The notes under the pieces were generated by a model that did no database searches, was not told the origin of the DNA, and worked only from the letters and a program-made list of their open reading frames with translations. The position numbers and the translations under genes were made by a program. A stretch of DNA of 63,244 nucleotides, filler included, from Atractiella rhizophila (taxonomy: Eukaryota), in assembly GCA_021432655.1 (NCBI GenBank). It is 4 parts of 4 records of this genome, joined end to end, with 100 filler letters (N's around TTAATTAATTAA, not from the genome) between each part and the next. Parts side by side here need not be neighbours in the genome. Positions count along the whole stretch, not along the records: positions 50,376 to 58,050 come from MU271580.1; positions 58,151 to 63,244 come from MU271599.1; 2 more parts are not named here. The stretch is one strand, 5' to 3'. Shown one piece after another: positions 51,860 to 63,244 of this stretch; within the stretch, counting starts at the first letter, position 1, and each line of letters starts with the position of its first letter.

Positions 51860-54660
51860 TTAGTGATCGTTATCCTCCCCGACTCTGGGACTAGAAACTG
51901 CGCTTGTATCAGCAGCATGGGTTGGGAATTCGCCGACGCTTTCAGGTTGAATCATGAGCTCTCCATCAGCAGTTCGAATGAGCGCTCCATCGTCCAGGAG
52001 GAACAGGATCCTCTTCGCCAAATTTGAGATTTCACCTGGACCGCTCTCAACTGCAACAGATGTGAGCCGTGAGCAGTTTTCAGAATGAAAGGACGAACCT
52101 TCGTCATCGTCACTGTCTTGACGAGCAGTGCTTGTACCATCGTCTCCCTCTCCATCGCCGCTCTGAGAATTCGTTTCGCTCGGAGGGACGGAGACGATTG
52201 CAAGAGCATTAATCTGAGGGAGGAGGGTAGGGGAGTTTCGGATGTGCTGTTCAAGTGCTGGGTCTATAACAAAGCGATGAGCGGATGAGATAAGCACTTT
52301 GGGCTACGAAGCACTGACCGCCAGATTCAAGCAGCTGGACAATCGTCCAAACAGCGATGTGTTGGAAGGTAGTGTCTTTGTTCTCCAAGAAGCGAGTGAG
52401 GTATCCGTGTAAACCGCCTTCAGGATCGTCCCAGACGGCATTAAAAGCAGTGTATTCTTCCGCTGTACGGAAACTCTTCAGCTGGCGCCGATTCGTTCAC
52501 AAATGGCACTCACCTTTGGAAGACAGGTTACCTATAGCGGCGGCACTGTTGCCTTGGACTTCCATGCTGCTGCTTGCTGTGAGAGGAATCAAGACTTCTA
52601 GGATGCCCATGTTTAGAAGATCGCTCTTGATATCATCTGTGTAGTGCATCAGCAGCCGCACTTCTCACTGGAAAACCGCACAGCTTACCGCTCAAGCCCA
52701 AAACAGCTGCACAAGCCGTCATCTCAGACTGGACGCTAATCGGCACGTTGAGGACAAGTTCCTTGATTTTATCCACAGCGCCAGCTTCAACAATAGCGGT
52801 CTTGTTCTTCTCACTCGAAGCCGCGAGATTACGCAGAGTGGAGATGGCATGGCATTGAATCTCTTCGTTCTCATCGTATGCCAGCAGATCGATGAGGGGA
52901 TGAAGGAAACCAGATTCAATGATGGGGAACTCGTTCGCGGGATGGATGGAGACATTCCTTACGCAGGCGGCGGAGGAGAGGATAAGAGGTAGGAACGATG
53001 AGCGAAGGAGACGAAGAAGCGGAGGAAGGCCGCCAGATTTGACAATCTCGATTTGATACTTCTCTATTGTGGAATCATAGGAGTTATTGGTGTGCTCTGT
53101 TGGACGGAGAAGAGAATGAACGGACCATCAGATGCGAGGTTTCGGAGCGCCAAAGCGGCTTGACACTGGACCTTGAGCGAAGGGCTGTCCATGAGGGTGA
53201 TGAGATTCTGAACAAGCTTCGGCTCTGTATTCGATAACTTCTTTCGGTTGTTGGCTGTGATGCACAGGGATTAGGAAAAGGTTCTCAGACAAGCAAAAAG
53301 GACGAACCATCGACAGCAATGTTGGAAAGAGCCGTTGTACAGTAATACTGGACGTCGGTGTCGGGAGAGCTGAGCAGGTTTACAAGGACGGGTATTGCTC
53401 CTGCATTGACGAGCTGTTGGCGATTCTCATCTGTAACGATTTTCAGCGATATCAATTCAGAACGGCAAAAGAAAAAACCCACCGCTGTGCGTCATGTTCA
53501 AGAGAGCACCAGTAGCATTCCGCTGGACGCGCATATCCTTGCTTTTCGCCAGCCTCGTAAGAGGAACAAGAGCACCAGACTTTGCAATCTTGGTTTTATT
53601 CTCATCTGGAACGGCGTCAGCATGCGACCGAAACAGAATGGAGTAGCAGACCGTGAGTTGCAAGGTTGGTGATGCAGCCGACAGCGTTGCATTGGACTTC
53701 GGTATTTGGACTGAGCATTTGACGGATGAGGGGCTCGAGACCGCCTAGTCGCACGATCAAGAGCTTGTTGTCCGCTGTCGCGACATGTGTCAGAACCCGT
53801 TTGCAAGAAGCGTAAGGCCGGCTTACCATTGACGGCCAGATTTCCGAGAGCAGCGGAAGCGGCTCGCTGGACCTCGACGTCATGAGATTGGAGGAGGAAT
53901 TGGATGGGCTCGATTGTCGCATGAGTAACGGGGCGGACATCTACAATATGAGTCAGGAGGCTTCTTCAATTCGTCGGCAGAAGGTTCTAATGCAATGCGG
54001 GAGGCTTAATATAAAGAAGAGTTGTATTACAAGTCTCGATGCCATTTTTCTGACTAGCAAGCCATCCCCTCGTGACACAAGACATGACTGAGCCAACAGA
54101 TCGAAAATGCAGGAAGAAGGTTGGTTCATCCATGGATCACGAAATCACCTTCCGTCTCGAAGCAGACTGCAGAGCAACTCCAAAGGCCAGCATATCTCAG
54201 GGCCAGATTGAGTCAGCAAAGCAGAGAACCTCGTTTGTAGCAGTTGTGACTCCTCTTATACAAAATGAAGAGATAAACTTCTCCACTTCTGACGCTAACA
54301 TTGGCGAGTATAAGATCACACAACCCAATCTCATAAGAAATACACCTCCCAAGAAAATCTCCTGCTTTAACGTCCGCCTACACGGAATCCACTGCCGTAA
54401 TAACAACGCCATAAACACTTACCTTTCTCGGTAATCTCAGCCCAAGCGAGGGCAGCACTCCTCTGCAGGTCGACATTATCGCTATAACTCAGCGTAGAGA
54501 GCGCATGGAGGGGCTGTCCGTCGAAGAAGTTGGTCTCAGCCCTGTTCTCGAGGTAGGAGAGGAGGTCGGCGACTGCTGAGCGTTCGTTGTCGAGTAAGAG
54601 TGGCTCGTAGGCGTTGCTCGAGGGAAGGCAGGGGCAGCAGAGCGCTCTGAGTCTCTCCAT
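51860..54660 (-). CDS. VAC8: Vacuolar armadillo-repeat protein
   Basis: [103 protein letters not shown]. First intron 53941-54422. Confidence 0.95.
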
Positions 54661-54871
54661 GGTTGGTGGTGTCTGGTTGAGAAGACTAGACCCCTGTGGG
54701 TGTTACAACTCATAACTAGCCTTGTAGGACTACGCAAGACTACACCTGCTTAGTGTCAATCCCGCCTCATTTGTAAGTGGTCGATGGTCGATGGGACGCG
54801 ACATTACAAGTGAGCGCTTCTTCCTGCGTTATTGCAAAGCAAAGCGGTTTCAGTAATAGAGCACAGCGACG

Positions 54872-57800
54872 ATGTCCCACCAAACGCTCACCATCCGCCT
54901 CCTCCCTCGCGATCGATTCTTAACCCTCTCCGTCACGAGCAACATGAGCGGAGCTGAGCTCAAGGAGATGGCATGCGAGAAGTTCGGGGTGTTGCCTCCA
55001 GGGAATGCTGCAAGCAGATCGGTGCGTCGTCTCTTTGTTGTTTCGCTTTGGCTAGAGTAGTGCTGTGGTGTTACAACTTGCGTCAAAGTGGAGGTGTAAT
55101 CCACATGTCGCCCAGTCTGCCCGAGGGTTCTCAGATTTTATTCAATTCATCAATCAGACTTCCTTGCTCTAATCCAAATCATATTTATGTCACAGGCATT
55201 TTCAATGCTGACACAGCTCTTTATGCCTCCTCAGCATCACCGTTTGGAATCTTCCCGAGAGTCGTTTCGCCAGAAAATAACTGAATTTACATTTTGACTT
55301 CTTTTTGATCACTTTCTGAGCTGTGGCGGCTTTGATGAGCACACGGAGCTAATAACCAAAAAGACTGTAGACCGCTTCATTTCGGGCCTCCCCCATTACC
55401 GATCGTTATTCCGGCCATCACTTCTTCGTCCAGTGGACCTAGCCATGCCGCCCATTATTTGAGAAGTGTCAAGGATGGTGGATCGTAACCATTTCAATAT
55501 GTGCCGCATCTCGCAGCAAGGCAAACCTTTTGATGCATAAGCTGTGAAGGTATTCACAATATATGTTAGCGTGCTATAGTGAAGCTGCAAAGGAATCACA
55601 AAGAATCTCTTCTGGTTCCTGCCATTACCAACGCTGCTTTCTTCCATCATTTTACTGAATGGGAGGGACTCAAGCCAACTGAGATGAAACGTTTTTCTTC
55701 CAAATGTGGAAGATATTGTTATAATGTGCAACTGTTCTTTGAGCGATTCGTCCTGCTTCTGTTCTCGATGAATTGATGTTAGCTAGTTGAGCTGTTGAAG
55801 CAGAGCGCTCACAGGGATATGTTTCGAACTTGTATCTTTTTTCACCTCCGATGCCTAATAGTGAACAGTCGCTCTACATAAGAGCTGAACAGAATCTGCT
55901 ATCAATTATGAGCACTGAACTTGGACTGATATCTATTCTGCCTGTCACAGGAACCATTTTCCCCTCCCCAATCCCCAGCTTCTCACTCCCTCTCCTTCGC
56001 CTCCCCCTTGCCGTCCCTCGCTTCCGGCTCAGCCGCCAGTCCAAGCGTCGCCGGTTCGCCACCCAGCATGGGATTTTCTTACTGTCCGACTGCTTCGCTG
56101 ACTAACGTCGCACCGGAAGACGCGCTTCTGAGCGGTCGGATCGATTCTTCGCAATCCCATGTACATTCTTCCCCTGGATCAAGGACGGATCGAAGCGATC
56201 GCTTCCCTTATAGACAGTCAGAGGAGAGTCTATCTATGCGGAGCTTGCGAGGAGAAGAGAGCGAGTTTGAAATAGAGGGAGACGGGATGGATCAGAGCGA
56301 AGTGGTCAATAAGGCTTATTCCATTACGTCTACTCGCTCCCATTCCAAAGACAAGGATCGTCCCAAGACCCCCAAATCGGCCCCTTCATCTAGACACATC
56401 GCCTTCAAAGACGCTGTGGAGTTCAGCACCAATGCTGTATTCCTAGGACGTGTACCTCCTGAAGCTACTCGACGGGGACGAGGAGGTGGGGTGGATGCGC
56501 GACCAGGTCGGCGGAGTAGTATTCTTGGGACAGGAACGGCTAGCTCGTCAGGCCAAGCTTCCACGAGCAACGCAAATGCAGGGGGATCGGGATCGATAAA
56601 TAATGGTGGCAACAAAGATAGAGAGAAAGAAAGGGAGAAAGAAAAGAAGAAGTTCAAGCAGAAGGCGAAGGCTAAAGTTGGCAAGATCAAGGTTTCAGTT
56701 GGCCTGATGAACGAGAGGCAGAGGAAGGATATATTGGACAGCCTGAGACTGACACACGTTTGCAAGGTCTTTCCTCCGTCTCCTCTCATTGCATCCGCTG
56801 AAGATGGGGGATTATAGGGACACATCTTGAATGAAGCTCTGCCCCTCTCTGCTACGACGGTACCGAACGATCTTCTTGCTTTGCACTTCCGACACATCCA
56901 CCCTCACCTTCCAATAAGGACTTATTACGAACCGCACGCGCGACTTTGTTGCTGGTATTTAAAACCCGGACTCATAACGCCAAAAATGATATTCTCACAT
57001 ACGGCTTCTACTCCTATGGGAATCAAAGAACCAAAAGGCGCTTGGAAAAGAGTGTGGATCAACATCAAGGGACGATTGCTGAGCATTTTGAAAGACCATA
57101 AAGTACGTCCACATTCTTCCATCTGTTATCGAGTATTATCGAGTGTGAACCTAACACAGATGTGCAGGACCAACAAGTAATAAGCAATCATCAGCTTCCG
57201 GCAAAGTCTTTCCGCGAGGCTTCGGTCTCGTCGCTCTTCTACAACCATTCCCTTCAGTTCAAGAAACAATATAACCAGTCTTCCACCCAAACTAGCCTGC
57301 ACACCACCACAGTTGAGTCAGAATTGGAACTCGCCAGTCAGTTTCTCGTCATCCTCATATTTGCGGATGGGAGTCTCTTGGTTCTAAGGGCGGAGAATGA
57401 GGAAGATCACAAAGATCTAGTGAGACTACTAGGGTCACCGTTAGCAAATCCATATAGAGAGAAAGGGGATGATCTAGGGTGGAGAGTGCAAGGTTCGTCT
57501 ATTTCAATGACATCCGAAACGACTAATGTGTTCGGGTTATAGCTATCAACGCCGCAATCCAGAGCAACTTCCATCATGTGAAGAAGTTGCCGTCCTTTCA
57601 GTCCACAGCTCTCATCTCTCCCACTCGAATGGATTTTGGGCATGCTACGCTTCCCAATGAAGGAACTGGCGCAACGGAAGGTGGTCATTCGTCCGAGTTC
57701 GACGAGCCAGGAACGATGTCTCCTTTCTCCGTTGAACAGGCAGAGCTGCAATCGATGGAGCACGAAGATGTAGTGATCGGGAGCGGCGGTGAAGAGCATG

Positions 57801-58050
57801 ATTATTCGCATTCGGCCACTGAGGACGACCATGACGACCCTTTCCCTCACTTCTCACCGCAAGACAACCGCATCATCCATATACCTGTACATCTACCACA
57901 ACCGTCGCCTCCTCTCACACCGTCTCGCTCTCGCCCTCTCTCTCTTTATAGGGAAGTGCCTTCATCCGTAGCGCGGTCCTCACTCTCGTCCTACCTCGAC
58001 TCACCATCTCTCCCCTCCTCTCCACTTTCCTCAGTGGACAAAGCAGGAGC
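54872..58050 (+). CDS. Hypothetical protein with short ubiquitin-like N-terminal segment and PH-like domain; runs into gap
   Basis: Exon 1 MSHQTLTIRLLPRDRFLTLSVTSNMSGAELKEMAC splices (55022-55950) in frame to the 56008 ORF. Later GAWKRVWINIKGRLLSILKD...LLVLRAENEEDHKDLVRLL is PH-like. Confidence 0.55.
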
Positions 58051-58391
58051 NNNNNNNNNNNNNNNNNNNNNNNNNNNNNNNNNNNNNNNNNNNNTTAATT
58101 AATTAANNNNNNNNNNNNNNNNNNNNNNNNNNNNNNNNNNNNNNNNNNNNGTATCCACGTTGCCGTGGGGTCCACATGCACTGAAGGCATAAAAGAACTG
58201 GAGGGTGGGCGAAGAGGTTGTTGGGACATTAGCACGTTTTACTCAGATTAATGTAAGCAAGCTTGATGAAGCAAGCTGTGCAACACGCATAGATGTGCAA
58301 TTCGGAACGGCAGCAAGCATTTTTCAAGCCAAAGCAACACGCAGAAAGGATGGCCAATAATACACCAGACGTATCAACAATTTGATGAAAT

Positions 58392-61300
58392 CTAATGCCC
58401 ATTAACGCTGGGTGGCGCCGGCAAGGAAGGGCTCGTTTGATGAAGAGGATGTGCAGAATTCGATAGCCCTAGTTGCTCATCCGGTGCTTCCCAACTCGAG
58501 GACTCATTATGGAGACCGATTACGTTCGAAGAAGGGAGACCTTGCAGGCTTGGTTTCTTCGCTTTCGCTTTATCGTTCCGCAAGTTTTCCAACCGTTGGA
58601 GATATTCTTCATCTACCCCTCCAGTCACATACTCCCCAGTGAAGACCGAACACTCGAATCGCTCTATAGAAGGATTTATCTCTCCGCACGATTTAACGAG
58701 ATCGTCCAAAGTTTGGAACACGACGAGGTCTGCTCCTATTGCTTTGGATATCTCCTGATTTGAACGTCCATGGGCAACCAGCTCTCGACGTGAGGGCATA
58801 TCGATGCCATAAACATTCGAAAACCTGTCTCCACGTTAGTCAACAAGCACGCTAACCATGGCTAAGAGCAACGGCTCACCGAATAGGAGGTGCACAAGAG
58901 GCAAAATAAACTCTTTTCGCTCCCGCATCTCGCGCCATTTGAACGATCTCTTTCGAAGTCGTGCCCCTGACGATCGAGTCTGCGTGAGGCATTTCAGCTC
59001 AGAGCTGTCACTTGGCACATCCCGTGAGATGCGCACCGTCAACCAAAAGCACATTCTTTCCCGAAAATTCCAATGCCATGGCGTTAAGTTTTCGCCGCAC
59101 GTTCTTTTGCCTGCATTAATTTGCATTCCGCTCTCGTGAGCAAGTTGCCGCAGAGCCTAAAATACCCACGGACCTTTGTTGTTGACCAGGCATGATAAAG
59201 GTGCGTCCGACATAGCGATTCTTCACGAACCCCTCTCGGAATGGAATTCCCATCTTCTGGGCACATTGAAGAGCCGCAACTCGACTAGTGTCCGGAACAG
59301 GAATGACGACATCAACAGTCGCCTTGTGCTTCGTCATAACTCGCTCAACCTCTCCAGCCAAATAATCGCCCATAGCCATACGTGAACGATAAACCGAGAT
59401 ACCGTCGATGACAGAATCTGGACGTGCCAAATAGACGTATTCGAAGATGTCTGGTGCGAAGGTTCGTGGTGGGACCACTTGACGGACTGAAACAGCAGTG
59501 CGTGTAATGATCACGGCCTCACCTGTCGCCTCATCGCTTCAGTAACCCTTCTTCCATTTGAAACGAGCAGCTTACCAGGTTTTACATCCTGCCAATCCTG
59601 ATAACCAGCCGCATCCGCAACAACACTCTCGCTCGCCATCACATAATCCCATCTTTCCGGCTCTCCCTTCTTTGAAGCAAGTCTCCTTCCCCATCCAACA
59701 GGCCGAATGCCATTCGGATCCCTGAACGCAACGATTCCAAAACCGGCCACCATAGCTACGCAAGCGTAAGCGCCGTGGCACTGTTGCATGAGTCCACCCA
59801 GAGCGCGAAAAATATCGTCTTCGTCAATTCTGAACTTGCCTGTCTTTTGGAGTGTGTCAGCGAGAATGTTGAGGAGGAGCTCCGAGTCTGAATCCGTGTT
59901 GATGTGTCGGTGAGCGTAGTGGTCAAGATAATAGCGGAGGTGAGCAGTGTTGATCAAGTTTCCATTCTGCACTCGGTTTTAGCGCGAGAAATGAATATGC
60001 GGTCGATGACCAGGGGCACCGACCATAACAGATGCTTACATGCGCAAAGACAATGCCGTAAGGGGAGTTGACGTAGAACGGCTGAGCCTCCGAGTGTGCA
60101 GCCGAGCCAGCAGTTGGATAGCGCACTGTAAACCAGACTAGTAAGCCACATTTTGTTCGTACACAATGAAGATCAAATACCGTGTCCGATTCCCATTCCA
60201 CCAATGAGTTTTTCCAAGACAGCTTCCCCATCTCTAAACACATCTCTGACCATTCCGTTCCCCTTCGTCTGATAGAATCTGCCTCCAGGACCACAAGTCA
60301 CGATACCGCAAGCATCCTGACCGCGATGCTGAAGCAGCGATAAACCTTCACAGATCTCGGCTGCAGCATGAGCCGAAGTTTGGTACGCATGTTGAGAAGC
60401 TGAAGGTACCGGAGTAGGGAGAGCAGGAGGAGGGAGTGAAGCAGGGAACGTAACGGGAAGAGGTGGTAAAGAGTTTTGATGCAGTTGGGAAGATACCGGG
60501 GAATCGAAAGAACTCTGACCATATAGTGGGGGAGGGCCGTTCGGCGTTGCTCTCCCGTCTGGAGTTGGGATCGTGCTGGATCCCGGTCCTGCAAGAAGGA
60601 GGGCCAGAATTCCACCTGTCCGAGAGGGAGAAAGTTAGGAAAGATGGTTGCGAATCGAAAGCGCTACGTTGACCACGCAAATCAAATTGTCAATTCAAAC
60701 AGGAGTAACGCAGGCATATTCTGTGGCACTTTCGCGTTCTCCACCAAAACAACGCCAGTCTGTGCGTTGCAAAAGTTAGGCTTTAGGCTCTCAAGTTTGA
60801 GCACAATCTCTCGCGGGCAACTATAACCAAAAACAGAAAAGGGTGCAGTTAAACGCCACAGACATGAGGACACAGGCAAAAGATATCAGATGAGACTTGC
60901 GACGGCTAATGGATGCTCTGAGTTTGAATTCTCTTCCCATCACACACATTACCTCAAGCACCTTGGCAGGAGCTTTAGCAGAAACTCAGAGAAACAGGTT
61001 GAAGGGAACAAAAGTTGAAGAGCAAGAAAATTCACCAATCTGCACTCAGGGCTCAACTGTAGAATAATACAGTCAAATTGTGCTCAGGCTGACCGCCAAT
61101 GAAAGAGAATGTATCGATTGGACCGAGAGTTTTTGCCTGGAAGAGTCAGAATTAGGACTATTCCGGCTATTAGGAAGTTGAATCAATAGGCTGATCATTA
61201 AAAAATCGCTGAGGAAACTATAGAAGTAGCTCCAGTGATTGATTTCACTCCTCCAAGAAATGAGCAGGGTCAAAGCAGCAACTTCAATTTAAAAAACTGA

Positions 61301-61396
61301 CATGCTCAATCGCAAAGTACTGAGGGGCGACATAGCAGCAAAGACAAAGTTTCAAACCCATATAGAACATGAACGCAGGTTGGAGTACTCACACAT
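58392..61396 (-). CDS. ADE4: Amidophosphoribosyltransferase
   Basis: M-C(split)-[69 protein letters not shown]. Proposed 4-nt first exon (ATGT, 61396-61393) with a GTGAGT donor. Confidence 0.93.
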
Positions 61397-62099
61397 TGTT
61401 ACGAATTTCCTCCAAGTCCTTGCAGTTTGGATCTTGCTTTTTTTCTACCACAAAAAATCGCTAAAGGTTTTCCGCTTGCTATGATACAAGTATGCGAATC
61501 CTGGTCTAAGATGTATACGCTATCGTGCCAGGTTTTTGAGAAGTATCAAAGGAGAAGGATTTACTGGAGGTGGCGACTGGAATTGGAAAAATACACTTCC
61601 GGCCTTCCGTCAGCCAAAGCCCAGCCTTCCCACAAACTTGGGAACGACGAAGCTGCAACATTACAGCAGGCATTTGCAGCTATGGATGATATTCTCAATG
61701 ATGTATCTGCCCCTGAGGACTTCTTGCCTCATCAACCAAACTTGACACTCCTCGAGAAAAATCTGGTGTAGGTCTTTCTGTTCATGTTACTAGTCGTCTG
61801 CTTAGAAGTTGTGCAAAGGTGCCAAATATGCAAAGACCTTTTCAGCGTTCCTGTACCGACCTCACCTAATCTCTTACCTGCCTGTGGCACCACGCGGTCA
61901 AGAAACAGCGGACAGCCACACTGGTAGCCAAACCGCAATACGGCAGCGAGGACAAGTCGCTCCAGCCGCTCGTCAAGCAGTCAGCTGGAAGACACGACGA
62001 GATTGCGCAGATCCAAGCTCAAATGGTTTAAAGCGGTCTGGACTTCCGCTATGAAGTCCAGAAGCTCGCTTGGCCTGCAACTATCTCACCAGAGGTCCA

Positions 62100-63244
62100 A
62101 GATGCGATCGGAGTAATTTTTGAGGGTATTTTGTAGCCCCCTTTCCGATGTAACTACCGAAAGAAGCGATTGCAGTGAAAGCCTTTTAGGTATCCGAAAC
62201 CTTAAGAGAAGAAGCCCATAAGAAAGCGGAAGCTTACGTTGAAGGACGGGTTAGAGCACCCATATTTCCTTTCTTCCTTCCCACGTGCAGTCACTGCATG
62301 AACCTGAGAAAGAAGAACAGGAAGCTTGACTTATAGAGTGGGGTAAGACAGAAAGGACTGAAGCTACAGGGCCGAAGATTCGGATCTGTACAACGGCGTA
62401 CGAAAAGTTAGAAGCACTCACCTTTTACCGCTGATGTCTCGCCCGTAAGGAGACCCAGCATTTTTGAATTGGTCCCCTCGGTTTCTCTCACTTTTGCTGT
62501 TGCGTGCTTTGAAGAGGAAGAGGAGAAGTGAAAGGAGGGTTAGATTTAGGAGGAAGAATTCGAAGAAAAAGCTTCTGGCGAATTATCCTCTACTTAAGAG
62601 GAGTAGCAGGTCTTGTTATTAAAGTCAGCAGAAGGGGAAGGGTCGGGAAACTGAAGCGCAAAAGTAACCACTTCCTAACGAGGGTCGTAATGAGAAAAAC
62701 CTGCCAGCTCTGAGCAGCAGTCTCCTTAGCGCGAAGGCGAAGAACGGTAAACAGGGCCTGCGTCGCACGCGCACGCTTTAAAGCTCGTTCGAACCAGACA
62801 CTTCCGTTCTAGTCAAAGGTGAAGCTGTTGCCCCGACTAGTACGAGTTAGGCGCGGTGAGAAACGACACACCTCTGTAGTTGGTCTTTTCCGTGTCAAAG
62901 CGTAGTACGTAAGCCATTTCTTCTCGTCTGACCTCACGAGTTTAGTTTACGTAAACTGTCTTTATGGTTTTGGTGTGGTGTGCCCCAACGAACTGAGTCG
63001 AAGCGTTGACTCTGCGCAGGATGCGAAGGCCTGCGCAAAAACAGAGGGAGTTGGCAAGTTACCTGAGCTCTATCGAGTGGATCGGAAGAAGGTACGACTG
63101 TGTTGAAGGAGGTTGTGTCATAATCCGGCATCGAACAGGAGGCGCTGGAACCACCACGTACACCCCGTTGACAGCAACGGCAAGCACCTCTCCCATAGTG
63201 CTTACGTAGAGCTCGTCTTCCATACTCTCGTCCATCATTCCTAA
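62100..63244. other. Degenerate TpA-rich sequence, probable repeat relic
   Basis: No intact gene; frequent TAG/TAA/CTA as in 15.8-17.9 kb. No family recognised. Confidence 0.3.

Noticed and set aside
61427..62054. Plus-strand ORFs upstream of ADE4
   Set aside because: Starts are non-ATG, no recognisable family and no convincing splice model.

Overview
Gene-dense window from an intron-rich fungus, most likely a basidiomycete (inferred from ~45-60 nt GT-AG introns, an MP88-like gene and a DUF6534-like gene), with four assembly gaps. Recognisable genes are DUS3, an MFS transporter, Xaa-Pro aminopeptidase, ACO2-type aconitase, DOT5/BCP peroxiredoxin, an F-box gene, trifunctional TRP1, a polyol dehydrogenase, AIP1, a DHHC palmitoyltransferase, APN2, RCE1, a DUF167 gene, VAC8 and ADE4. 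The main discovery candidate lies at ~25.3-48.2 kb: five related orphan genes from one superfamily. Two 'A' genes keep a PD-(D/E)xK-like nuclease motif set (E-helix...DG...ExK...Q-x-AE). Three 'B' genes (one a pseudogene) share the same conserved blocks and four intron positions but lack those catalytic residues. A and B genes point away from each other, and the module MP88-like/A/B occurs twice in inverted orientation. This is consistent with, but does not prove, an active-nuclease/dead-nuclease toxin-antidote or selfish module. Other observations include a degenerate element whose stops look like CpA->TpA (RIP-like) hits and recurrent long first introns. All gene models were built by eye, so exon boundaries and some starts are approximate.
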